Part shown: in pieces, positions 51,148-61,880 of the stretch
How the letters are laid out: the number at the start of each line of letters is the position of its first letter
How positions within the stretch are numbered: position 1 is the stretch's first letter
Notes under the pieces: model-generated
Seen by the model: the letters and a program-made list of their open reading frames with translations, nothing else
Told to the model about the DNA's origin: nothing
The model's database searches: none
Assembly: GCA_951406725.2 (NCBI GenBank)
Contig: OX597839.1
Span: 2,480,001 to 2,544,000, forward strand
Origin: Octopus vulgaris
Taxonomy: Eukaryota
Reading direction: 5' to 3'
Length of the DNA: 64,000 nucleotides
Translations under genes and position numbers: made by a program

Positions 51148-54100
51148 TATATTTCAGTAGGTGAATGAATTATCCTATGTTTATCGTCGGCATGGAAAAT
51201 TCGTTGAACCGATACCAAGGTAGCAAATTCGCGTCAGAAACACGGTTGAAGCGACCTGTCCAAGGGTAGAAACTCCGGGTTCATTTGCAGAAATTTGTGT
51301 GTTATATATGAATAAATGAAAGAATGGAGTTGAACGAAGATGTTAACAAAATTCCTTTACTCTTGACATATGTTTCGAAGACCACATGGTTTCATTCCAA
51401 AGGAATAAAGGGTGTATGATGCAATCTTCTCATCAGGAAAGAAAGGGAGCCTCTCTTGGCAACAAGACAAACAAAAATTTGGTTGGGAAGCAAACTTCTT
51501 ACCACACAGCCCTGCTGTTTTTTACTTTCTTTTTTATGATAAAGACCCTATAACATAATGTGTCTGTTAATTATAAAACTGGGCTGGTTAGGGCCAGGGA
51601 TGTGGAAATGATTGACTGTTTTTCTGCTGGTTCAGGGCATGTCTAGAACTATACAGAAAAATAAATATACAAATACACCCACCGATGCCATGCTATCAGT
51701 CCATTCTCCGTGACCTTTCTGATATTCTTTAACTTTACGAATATCTTCAATTATCTGGACTGAATCACCTATGGCAAATAGTTGAACCTGAAAGAGAGGG
51801 GAAAGAAATAAACACAAGAAAAGCAAGGAGAGAAAGACAGAAAGAAAAGAAAGAAAAGAAGGAAGAAAGAAAGAAAGAGAAATCTGCTGATTCTGTCACT
51901 TGCTGTCCTACTAACACAAAAGTAAATAACACTGTGTAACAAAATTTTAATTTTTTTTTGTCTTTGATCAGTAAGTGTTATTTCTCATTTGCTTCTATCT
52001 AAAAATCAAAGAAAATTACTACTATTGCCTTCAAACTTTGCTTCTGTGACCTGGGCATCAATGTTTTCAAACTGACCTATTTCCCATTACATTTCAGAAC
52101 AGATTTGGTGCTGAGCTGCTGAAGCAGAAATATCGTTATAACAAATATTCTGCCCAATACTTCAAATTTGCTTTTCTGTTGCTTGATCTTAACCATATGA
52201 ACATGTGGCTGACAATATGCGCATCTCTGATGATGAGCAGGAGTAGTGGGGGAGCGTAATAACTACATGTTAAGAGGGATTCTTTGGGGTTTGAATAGAT
52301 TTAACAAAGCGAAGTTTGAAGGAAATATTAGCCATTTTTCATACTTTCTAGGTGTAGGCAAATAGGAAATAACAGCTGCTATCCAAAGACAAAAATTGTG
52401 TTACATAATGTAATGAATCTTCTTCTCGGCTATCCCCACTTAGCCCTATATATAATGTGGGGTAGTCATACCTGTAGAGCAAGACACCTTTGTTTGTCTG
52501 GCTACCTTATTTTAGCCTTTCAACACCTGGCATAAAACCACTTACCCTGTCTCAAATATTACACCACTCCCACTCAGTAGTCACAGTTTTTTCCTCCCCC
52601 CTTCCCCCACCATTCTGCTTTTGTCTTGCAAGTTACATGGCAACCTCACTGGTGCTGATGCTATACAAAAATGTACCTAGTGTACACTGTAAAAAGGCTG
52701 GCGTGAGGAAGGACATCCAGCTATAGAAACCATGCTAAAGATGACACTGGGGCTTGGCACAGCCCTGCAGCTCATTGGATCCTGTCAAACCATCCAACCT
52801 AAGCCAGCACAGAAAATGGATATTAGATTATGATGATGATCATGATCATCATTGTACATGCCACACCTTCAACTAAACAGTGGTTCTCAACCTGGGGTCC
52901 ACAGATCCCTGGTGGTCCACAAAGGTAGTACTGGGGCTCCGTGAACTAAATCCAAAATTTCATATACCAGCACCAGTGCTTTTTACATGGCAGGTAATTC
53001 TTTCTCATAACTACAGGAAAGTAAAAGCAATGAGAGAATGAAATATTATACACCGTCCTCATCCCTCTCCAAATGGCTCAAAACTTTTGGATCAGATATG
53101 AATATACAGTCAGAGGAAATGTAGTCAAATTCCTTCTTTAATTGCTTGAGTCAGTCATCATGTTGTTGAATGTATGTAGTTCTCTCCATGTCATGTGACA
53201 CATAAAGCTGCAACACTATCTCTCTAACCAGCTCTGTGTTTTACTACTGTTGTGGTCTCATTCCAGCCTCTCCACACTTTTCCTCTGTCCTTGTCAATGG
53301 TCCTTCACCATGTGGCTCTTTAGTGCCACCATACAATTGCCTGCGTCATCTAGTCTGATGTGTCCAATCCAGTTCCAGCATCTATGTCTTATCTCACTAC
53401 TGATCCTGTCAATGCCCATTGTTGTCTCAATTATGTGATTTCGGACTCTTTTGTAGCCACTTGAAGTCAAGTATTCTCATTAAGCCGCCCAGTTTCCCTT
53501 ATTTTTCTATTTTTCTCACTTTCCAGTTTTCACATCCATAGAGTAATTCTGGTCAGTCCAATGTCTTGAATAGCTTCAGCTTGTTTTGCAGCCTATACCT
53601 TTGCTTCTCTGTACCTTTGTGAGATTGTAGAATGCTCTTTGGACTTTGGATATTCGGTTCTTTATACCCTCCATTCCCCCTCTGTCTTTTGTGACTGTCA
53701 CTTCCAGGCAAACAAATTCTTCAGTGTCTTCCACCTCATTGTCACCAATTCTCACATGAGCTTGTTGTTTAGCATTACTCTTAGGTGTTTCACATTTTTT
53801 TTTGTCTGGCAATGATAGAATAATACATTCTTCCCTATCCTCGTCCCACTCCAAATAACTCCAAATTTTCGTATTAGTTATGCATCTACAATTAGTAGAA
53901 ACATAATCAAATCCCTTCTTTAATTACTTGAGTCAGTAACCATGTTGTTCAACATACTAAGGCAAGCATATAATAATAAGGTTGGGAGAGTAGAGTTGTC
54001 AAAGTAAACTTGTTAAACTTGTCATAGTGAGCTCATTAGAGAAAACATGATAGTCTAAGCTTATTTGTATAAGCTTACCGGAATATGCTTGCTGGGAAAA

Positions 54101-57100
54101 GTTTTCTGAGTAAATAAACACATCAGTCAAAACTTATCTGACTGAGCTTCACTCTTTTAAGCTTGCCTGTCTAAGCTGGTCTTCTTAATCATACCTCTCT
54201 AAACTTGCCTGTCTAAGCTGGTCTTCTTAATCATACCTCTCTAAACTTGCCTGTCGAAGCTTGTCTTTTTAACCTTGCTTCTCTAAATTTCCCTGTCAAT
54301 GCTTGCCAGGGTAAACTTACCAGTCTAAATATACCTATCAAAACTTGCTTGCCAAACTTGCCTGTCAAAGTTTGCCTGTCAAAGCTTGCCTGTTGAAGAT
54401 TGACTGTCTAAGCTTGCCTGTTGAAGATTGACTGTCAAAGCTTGTCTGTCAAAACTTAACTGTTGAAAGTTGCCTGTCAAAGCTTGTCTTTCTAAGCTTA
54501 CCAGACTAAACTTGCTTTTCTAGGCTTGCCTGTCAATATTTTGCAGCCAAAACTCTTTATTCTAAACTCGTCAGAAAAATGCATCAGATTGAATTTGTCA
54601 GTCTAAATTTCTGTTACTAAACTTGTCAATCTAAACTAGATACACACTCTACTTGTCAAATGAGATAATACTTGACTACTGACTAAACATAAAGTAAACA
54701 CTTAAGATATTGAATGATACAACAATAAAGGGGGGAAATAATTCACACAGTGAATTTAATGTAATGACCTCAATGACCTCATTGACTGACCTTTGTTAGA
54801 GCGCCGGGATGAAAGGTCCATCTGTTACTACATCCTTCATATTGCACACGTACATCACCACGATCGGTGATTCGATGGACAGAACCGACTTGACCTATAT
54901 ACTGAACAAAGAGGAAAGAACAACAATTAATTCTACTTATAAACACACACATAGATACATGCATATACATACATATGTACATATAAATACATATAGATAT
55001 ATACATATAGATATATACATATATATATACACATATATATATATACATATATATAAACATACACATATATATGCATACAAATATATATATATATATGTAC
55101 ATATATACAATTTTGGGGGATTAATCGATATGTGGGTATTCTATTTTAGATAATACAAAAATAACCGAATGAGTATATCTTACAGTAAACTCATGGTATC
55201 AGTTTGCACTTCACGAAATAATACTTAAAGGATATAACCAAAAATTTCCAACTGGGTATATAATGTACTTAATTAATTATATCATACTTTAGTTAATACT
55301 TGTATTTATTAAATATGAAAGAACTACATGTGTTTCAGTATTGGAGGATTACAATATATATACATATACACGACTGTATACCCATATATATATATATATA
55401 TACATATATAAATACATATATGCAATCGTCAGATTTACAATTATTCCAACACATCTTCAGGTTCTATTTCAAAATATTATAAATCTAATTTTACATCCCT
55501 TTAAAAATAAGCTTCTTCCAGCTTCCGTCTATGAAATCCACTCATAAGGCTTTAGTCAGCCTAGGGCTACAGTTGAAGACACTTGCCTAAGGGGCCACAC
55601 AGTAGGACTGAATCCAGAACCATGTAGCTGAGAAACAAACTTCTGATAGGTGCATACATGGAAATGCTTGCACCTATCATGATCATGATCATCATCATCA
55701 TTTCACATCTGTTTTCCATGCTGGCATGGGCTGGATAGTTTGATAGGAACTGGCTAGCTAGAGAGCTGCTCAGGCTCCTATTATTTGTTTTGGTATGGTT
55801 TCCAGAGCTGGGTGCCCTTCCTAATGCCAGCCATTTTACAGAGTGTACTGGGTGCTTTTTATGTGGCACCAGCATGAGTGCTTCATACATGGAAATGACA
55901 CAGGTGCTCTATATGTAACACCAGCATGGGTGCTTTTTATGTGGCACCTGCATGGTGCTTTTCATGTGGCACCTGCATGGGTGCTTTTCATGTGACACCT
56001 GCATGGGTGCTTTTCATGTGGCATCTGCATGGGTGCTTTTCATGTGGCACCTGCATGTTGCTTTTCACGTGGCACCTGCATGGGTACTTTTCATGTGGGA
56101 CCTGCATGGGTGCTTTTCATGTGGCACCTGCATGGGTGCTTTTCATGTGACACCTGCATGGGTGCTTTTCATGTGGCACCTGCATTGGTGCTTTTCATGT
56201 GGCACCTGCATGTTGCTTTTCACGTGGCACTTGCATGGGTACTTTTCATGTGGCACCTGCATGGGTGCTTTTCATGTGGCACATGCATGGGTACTTTTCA
56301 TGTGGGACCTGCATGGGTGCTTTTCATGTGGCACCTGCGTGGATGCTTTTCATGTGGCACCTGCGCGGGTGCTTTTCATGTGGAACATGCGTGGGTGCTT
56401 TTCATGTGGCACCTGCATGGATGCTTTTCATGTGGCACTGCACGGGTGCTTTTCTATGGGGCACTGGCATGCGTGCCTTTTACATGGCACTGTCACAGAT
56501 GCATTTTACATGACAGCAGCATGCGTGCTTATCTATGTGGCACCATTATAACACAGAAAGGAGAGCATGTAGCAAACGGGAGCAATTTAAAGGGACAATA
56601 CTTACTTCTGCCATACGAGGATTCCACCCTCCATGGCCTTCTTGCATCACTTTTAATATTTCCATGTCAAGATCCACCCGGACACGGTCACCTACTTTGA
56701 AATGGCAAGTAGGTTCACCTGAAGCTGACGTTTCTGTGAATTCACCTGAAATAACAGTAACATCAACACAATTATTATTTATACATATTCTTTAAGCAGA
56801 GTGTATAGTGTATGTGCATGCATGTGCATGCGAATGTGTGTATGCGTATATAGTTCAATGTTTCTCAACCTTTTTTGTACCTATAGACCCCTTTTAGTTC
56901 CTATTTTACTTGGATGGACTTCCCTAGCCATTCGATGTTTAAAAAATTCTATTATTATATTTTCATAACTATATTTTATTAGGAATTGTAGAAACAAAAT
57001 TGTTGACCTATTTTGTCTATCATAGAAGTATGACCCATTTATTGCAGATAAGATTTTAACAACAAAATTTTTATTTGGACCCCTAAGGGCCCTGGTTGAG

Positions 57101-59237
57101 AACCACTGATATAGTATAATATAATACAATTTCCTGGATACACTACAGGTTTCAAAATCTATTTTAGTATAGCAATATACATGTGTCTTTTGTTACATTC
57201 AAAACACCTTCTTCATATACCAATACATATCAAAAGAATAAACAACGAAAATCAAAAATAAACTCACCAAGAACTGGCAAATGGTCCACATAAAACATGC
57301 CACCAGAGGCACATTGGGTAGCCTTTAGGTCTACTTTACCCTTGTGCCCAACTCGATAGACATTCATTTGAGAATTGCTCCATACAACGTTTGCAACACT
57401 ACGTCCTGACTCTAAATCCCAACCACGGATATCTCTCACTTTTCCTGGTTTTCCTTCGCCTCCTGAAAACAAAAACGAAAATGAAAAAAAAAAACAAAAA
57501 AACAATAATGAACCATAGATGAAAAAAAAGAAGAAAAGAAATAAAATATTAAGTAATAGAAGAATAAAATATTAAGAAAACATTAATCACAAAAAATGTA
57601 AGAAAACCAGATGTAAAAAAAAAGGCGGGGAAATGAGAGTTTATAGCTCTGGTGCTATGAATATGTGATTAGAAGGTCACAGGAAAGAATCGCAAGACAG
57701 ATTCTTCAAGCCAAACCAAGCTGACCAGCAGGAGACCTAGGGGTAGACCAAGAATGGTATGGTGGGATAAAATCTGTTGTCTCAATGGTTGTGTTTGGGA
57801 ATCCATCCGGAAAGTGTGATGACAGTCGCTCTTGATAGAACCCTATGAAGGGAGGTGTCTGAGGACTTTACCCCAACAACTCTCCCAGGAGTAGTAGGGG
57901 AAGATGATTCATCATCATCATCATCATTATCATTTAGTGCATGTTTTCCATGCTGGCATGGGTTAGACAGTTTGACTAGAACTGGTAAGCTGTACCAGGC
58001 TCCAATCTGATTTTGGCTTGGCTTCTACAGCTGGCTGCCCTTCCTAATGCCAACCACTCCAAGAGTGTAGGCGCAGGAGTGGCTGTGTGGTAAGTAGCTT
58101 GCTAACCAACCACATGATTCCGGGTTCAGTCCCACTGCGTGGCACCTTGGGCAAACGTCTTCTGCTATAGCCCCAGGCCGACCAATGCCTTGTGAGTGGA
58201 TTTGGTAGACGGAAACTGAAAGAAGCCTGTCGTATATATGTATATATATGCATGAGTGTGCTTGTGTGTCTGTGTTTGTCCCTCCCAACATTGCTTGACA
58301 ACCGATGCTGGTGTGTTTACGTCCCCGTCACTTAGCGGTTCGGCAAAAGAGACCGATAGAATAAGTACTGGGCTTACAAAGAATAAATCTTCGGGGTTGA
58401 TTTGCTCGCCTAAAGGCGGTGCTCCAGCATGGCCGCAGTCAAATGACTGAAACAAGTAAAAAAAAAGAGATACCTTTTATGTATCACTGGCACAGGTGCC
58501 TTTTATGTGTCACTGGCATGGTTGAATGATAGATAATGTAAAAATATAGAATGTTTTGCCCACTCTTGATAAATTGTAGAGTTGAATGCACGGCCAGGCT
58601 GGTGAGGCGCTCCTTTTATTATTCCAACTGCTCATCTTACCCTTTTCTACTATTATTTCTATGGAAGGTGCTCTGACGAGTCTCATCTCCTGGTGTTACT
58701 AGTCAAAGAATTTCCCATTAGAACTTGGTTTGTCAAAGTTAGAAAACTGTATGCATGCTGCTTGGAGATATTGCTTGGGTCTACTGTAAGACCCACACAC
58801 AAAGCTTCCCCTTCCTCAGAACAGCCAAATTGTGAAATAAATCGATTAGATTGACCCCAGTATGCAACCAGTACTTAATTTATCGACCCCGAAAAGATGA
58901 AAGGCAAAGTCGACCTCAGCGAAATTTGAACTCAGAACGTAACGGCAGACGAAATACGGCTACGCATTTCGCCTGGCATGCTAACGATTCTGCCAGCTCA
59001 CTGCAACAACAATAACCACTGCAACAAGAATTTCTATCACATGTACAACAACAACATCAGCAACATTATTACCACAATACTTGCCATCTTGGTTTCCCCA
59101 ATCCCAGTCATTTCCTCGTAGAACTTTCGCTCCTTTGAATATCCCCCAGGCCTCCATTTTTGTACTGTTCGCCCGCTTAGGCATCTTGACACTGCAATGA
59201 AAGTGGTAGAAGATGTAATAAGAGTGTTGTTGTTGTG

Positions 59238-59287
<50 letters not shown>

Positions 59288-60304
59288 GTTAGTAGTAGTG
59301 AGATGTTAGTAGTAGTAGCGGTGGTATTAGTGGAAGTGGTGGTACATGTAGTAGTGATGGTGGTAGCAGTAGTACATGTAGTAGTAGTGGAGGTGGTGGT
59401 TGTGGTAGAGGTTGTCATCGTCGTCATAGTAGTAGTTGTAATGGTGATGGTGGTTGTCATCATCATCATAGTAGTAGTGGTGGTGGTGGTAGTTATAGTG
59501 GTGAAGGCAGTAGTGGTAGTAGTAATAGTAGAGGTGGTAGTTGTAGTAGCAGTATTACTAGTAGCAGTAGTGGTGATGATGGCAGTGATAGTAGTAGTAG
59601 TAGTAGTAGTATGATGATGATGAAGAGGATGTGGTCTACTGGTTAGGATTTCTGGTTCTTGTCCAGGTGACCCCTGGTTCGCTTTCTAGCATGGGAACAT
59701 ATTTTGTTTGTTCTTTTAATGTAGTCTTCCATGTCTTGGGCCCTTGTGGCCAATAAAAGAAATCATTTCTTATTATTATTAATCATCATCATCATCATCG
59801 TTTAGCGTCCGCTTTCCATGCTGGCATGGGTTGGACGGTGCAACTGGGGTCTGGGAAGCCAGAAGGCTGCACCAGGCCCAGTCTGATCTGGCAATGTTTC
59901 TATGGCTGGATGCCCTTCCTAACGCCAACCACTCTATGAGTGTAGCAGGTGCCTTTTACGTGTCACTGGCACAGGTGCCAGGTGAGGCTGGCAAACGGCC
60001 ACGATCGGATGGTGCATTTTACGTGCCACCGGCATGGAGGCCAGGCGAGGCTGGCAACGGCCACGATTGGATGATACTTTTTACGTGCCATCGGCACGGA
60101 GGCCGGGCGAGGCTGGCAACGGCCACGATCGGATGGTGCTTTTTATGTGCCACCGGCACGGAAGCCAGTCGGGGCAGCGCTGGCAACGGCCACGTTCGGA
60201 TAGTTCTCTTATGTGCCACCGGCACTGGTATCACAGCTACAATTTCCATTCATGTTGATATATTATTAATATTAATAGTAGTAGTTGTGGTGGTGATGAT
60301 AGTG

Positions 60305-60336
<32 letters not shown>

Positions 60337-60709
60337 GGTAGAAGTAGTAGTAGGGTGGTGATGGTAGTGTCGGTATGGTGATGCTGGTGGCATTATGATG
60401 ATGTAATGCAAAGAGGGAGCGTGATGACAATAACAAGGAAGGCAATGACATTGACGGTGATAAAGGTGACGGTGGTGAAGGTGATAGCAGTCAATGGAAG
60501 AATGAAGTATAAATTAACAGCACGTGATGTGACATACCCTTTCGATGCCGGAGTGTCAAATCGCAGGAATGAGTGTTTGATGTCATGCTTGTCTCCATGG
60601 TAACATACAGTACACAGATCAAAATCATGGCACGTGAGGCATCGCCATCGCATGCCCTGAATTGCAGACTTATTGCAAGAATCACAGATGATGCTTGTAT
60701 GCTTCACAC
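33798..60709 (-). CDS. MIB2: E3 ubiquitin-protein ligase mind bomb 2; 5'-partial, 16 coding exons in window
   Basis: Exons 60538-60709, 59085-59191, 57268-57462, 56606-56745, 54791-54901, 51683-51787, 49207-49375, 48217-48350, 47149-47297, 44382-44538, 42935-43089, 42165-42291, 40090-40299, 38104-38279, 36129-36325, 33798-34021 splice in frame. Domains: ZZ finger, Mib/HERC2 ([20 protein letters not shown]), two Mib repeats (QEGHGGW, QKGHGEW), ankyrins, two RINGs (MIB1 has three). Confidence 0.95.
36129..36325 (-). CDS. MIB2: MIB2 exon, RING 1 (CLLC...[13 protein letters not shown]...CIQC)
   Basis: 197 nt. Confidence 0.93.
36414..36627. mobile_element. Tc1/mariner-type MITE
   Basis: TIRs CAGGGTGGCCCAAAAGCAGGTTTACAGTT / AACTGTAAACCTACTTCTGGGCTACCCTG. 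Confidence 0.75.
38104..38279 (-). CDS. MIB2: MIB2 exon ([23 protein letters not shown])
   Basis: 176 nt. Confidence 0.92.
38580..39110. repeat. 20-bp minisatellite (CCCCATCACTATCTGTTTAG)n
   Basis: About 25 tandem units, decaying into flanks. Confidence 0.9.
39444..39661. mobile_element. piggyBac-type MITE
   Basis: TTAA CCCTTTCGTTAC ... GTAACGAAAGGG TTAA. Confidence 0.85.
40090..40299 (-). CDS. MIB2: MIB2 exon, ankyrin ([12 protein letters not shown]...[10 protein letters not shown])
   Basis: 210 nt. Confidence 0.93.
41714..42106 (+). mobile_element. SINE family A
   Basis: Full length, close to the 13494 copy. Confidence 0.9.
42165..42291 (-). CDS. MIB2: MIB2 exon, ankyrin ([20 protein letters not shown])
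   Basis: 127 nt. Confidence 0.93.
42386..42521 (+). ncRNA. Hammerhead-ribozyme-like motif with long stem II insert
   Basis: GACC-CTGAACGA...GCA-GAAA-CACGTG-TC-GGTC. Confidence 0.55.
42935..43089 (-). CDS. MIB2: MIB2 exon, ankyrin ([15 protein letters not shown]...[13 protein letters not shown])
   Basis: 155 nt. Confidence 0.94.
43511..43788. mobile_element. Solo LTR inserted into a SINE
   Basis: TGTGG...CCACA termini, 5-bp TSD ACGCA (43506-43510 and 43789-43793), CpG-rich. Confidence 0.85.
43997..44198. mobile_element. hAT (Charlie-like) MITE nested in a piggyBac MITE
   Basis: CAGTGCTTTTCAA...TTGAAAATCACTG; 8-bp TSD GTATAAGG; related copy at ~56856-57108. Confidence 0.85.
44382..44538 (-). 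CDS. MIB2: MIB2 exon, ankyrin ([10 protein letters not shown]...[10 protein letters not shown])
   Basis: 157 nt. Confidence 0.94.
45487..45790 (-). mobile_element. tRNA-derived SINE with V-domain-like CCTGCGATGGACCGGCGTCCCATCCAGG
   Basis: A box TGGCTTAGTGG, B box GGTTCGAATCT. Confidence 0.65.
47149..47297 (-). CDS. MIB2: MIB2 exon, ankyrin ([13 protein letters not shown]...[11 protein letters not shown])
   Basis: 149 nt. Confidence 0.94.
48217..48350 (-). CDS. MIB2: MIB2 exon ([10 protein letters not shown]...FVREAAQGQ...KHPDK)
   Basis: 134 nt. Confidence 0.9.
49207..49375 (-). CDS. MIB2: MIB2 exon ([17 protein letters not shown]...WTYNP)
   Basis: 169 nt. Confidence 0.93.
49802..49837 (+). 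ncRNA. Minimal hammerhead-like motif, CUGUAGA core variant
   Basis: CTTT-CTGTAGA-AGAGT gcag GTTT-GAAA-CG-TA-AAAG. Confidence 0.45.
51360..51441 (-). ncRNA. Hammerhead ribozyme motif, intact core, sense to MIB2 intron
   Basis: CTGATGA-GAAGATTGCAT...ATGTGGTCTTC-GAAA-CATATG-TC; 11-bp stem II; weak stem I. Confidence 0.7.
51683..51787 (-). CDS. MIB2: MIB2 exon, Mib repeat 2 (FAIGDSVQI...[13 protein letters not shown])
   Basis: 105 nt, phase 0-0. Confidence 0.92.
53200..53854 (-). mobile_element. RTE-type LINE RT C-terminal remnant
   Basis: [11 protein letters not shown]...GGME.IKNRISK..RAFYNL. Confidence 0.65.
54155..54535. repeat. ~14-bp minisatellite (AAGCTTGCCTGTCA)n
   Basis: Degenerate tandem units. 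Confidence 0.8.
54791..54901 (-). CDS. MIB2: MIB2 exon ([21 protein letters not shown]...[11 protein letters not shown])
   Basis: 111 nt, phase 0-0. Confidence 0.94.
55320..55465 (-). ncRNA. Hammerhead ribozyme motif, intact core, sense to MIB2 intron
   Basis: AGAAC-CTGAAGA-T-GTGTTGGA...(TA/TG-rich loop)...TCCAATAC-T-GAAA-CACATG-TA-GTTCT. Confidence 0.7.
55848..56545. repeat. 26-bp minisatellite (GGGTGCTTTTCATGTGGCACCTGCAT)n
   Basis: More than 20 tandem units growing out of a family-B repeat. Confidence 0.92.
56606..56745 (-). CDS. MIB2: MIB2 exon, Mib repeat 1 (FKVGDRVRV...[13 protein letters not shown])
   Basis: 140 nt, AG/GT bounded. Confidence 0.92.
57268..57462 (-). CDS. MIB2: MIB2 exon ([15 protein letters not shown]...[12 protein letters not shown])
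   Basis: 195 nt, AG/GT bounded. Confidence 0.94.
59085..59191 (-). CDS. MIB2: MIB2 exon, Mib/HERC2 domain start; GC donor
   Basis: [35 protein letters not shown]; the frame requires the donor g|GCAAGT. Confidence 0.9.
59629..59697 (+). pseudogene. Degenerate tRNA-Glu-derived sequence (pseudogene or SINE head)
   Basis: TGGTCTACTGGTTAGGATTTCTGGTT...CCAGGTGACCCCTGGTTCG...ATGGGAA resembles tRNA-Glu; acceptor stem and anticodon are broken. Confidence 0.6.
59783..60255 (-). mobile_element. Repeat family B with (ATG)n tail and internal ~58-bp tandem modules
   Basis: CATCATCGTTTA.CGTCCG...CTGGATGCCCTTCCTAACGCCAACCACT; copies at ~855-1064 (opposite strand), 20736, 34121, 45819, 50013, 57910. Confidence 0.8.
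60538..60709 (-). CDS. MIB2: MIB2 exon, ZZ zinc finger (CDSC...[16 protein letters not shown])
   Basis: 172 nt, AG/GT bounded. Confidence 0.93.
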
Positions 60710-60750
60710 CTGACAAAATAAAAACATTGACAATAATAATAATAATAATG

Positions 60751-60816
<66 letters not shown>

Positions 60817-61880
60817 TAAACGTATCTGTCAAGACCTACCAAAAACTGAGCAAATATAAAGATCTTGAAATAGAAATCAGCAAAAAGATGAAAATAGTTT
60901 GGGGGTAAAAAATAAGTCAATTACATTGACAGCAGTGCTTAACTGGTACTTATTTTCTTGACCCCCGAACAGAAGAAAAGGAAGGTTGAGCTCAGCAGAA
61001 TTTGAACTCAGAATGCAAAGATGCTCAGCATTTTGCCCAGTGTGCTAATGATTCCACCAGCTCGCCAACAGATGCAATCCCATAATAATAATGTTTCTAA
61101 CATAAGCACAAGGCCAGAAATGTGTGTGTGTTTGTATTTGTCTGTGTCTTGAAATAATGTCACCATTTCATTACGAATTATTTAACCAAATTTGAAAGAA
61201 AGATCTCGGTGCAGAATAATGTATAAACAATGTATATCAGAATAATCTACAAAGATAGAAAAAAACAATCCCAGCCCCTAAGGTCACCTTGGAATAAAGC
61301 AGGGAGAATTCAAGAAAAGAGATGGTGAAAGACTGATAGTTGTCTACCTCACACTAATTCTTTTGCTTTCACACACACACACACACGCTCTCTCTCTCTC
61401 TCTCTCTCTTTCTTTTGCTAACAAACACTACATCACTGAAACATTGCTGTTATTAAAATTTCTCATATAAAATTCATATCTTCAAAAAGTTAGCATGTAG
61501 CTTCAAACAATACAAAATCTAAAATGAAATATATTTTTTCCTTCTTATTTTAATCCTCCATTTAAATTTGTTTATAATTATAAAATATTCAAGTATTAAA
61601 TTCTACTAATCAGACTAAATTTTTATAATCTTTTTAAATGTGTGTACATGTATTATTAAAAGTGAATAGTCCTCTCTGAGCTTCACCAGATACAAACAAC
61701 CAAGAATAGTCAAAAGTTGAAATATATTTATATATATAACACATATATATCCACCCCATCAAGCATACTGAATTCTATATCAGATAATGTTCACACTATT
61801 TCTATATACTTTACAACTACACACACATATATATGTATATGTGTGTGTATATATGCATGTATATGTGTATAGACGTGTGT

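Noticed and set aside
55926-56700. Cys/His/Trp-rich ORFs in three frames; CRISPR-like periodicity
   Set aside because: A stop-free 26-bp minisatellite with no unique spacers, in eukaryotic DNA with no cas genes.
58668-58760. CTGACGAGTC possible hammerhead
   Set aside because: No matching stem II partner adjacent to a GAAA; too degenerate to call.
33798-60709. MIB1 assignment
   Set aside because: Only two RINGs are present, and the DGGEGKPG.V.DIRGWD and [13 protein letters not shown] motifs fit MIB2.
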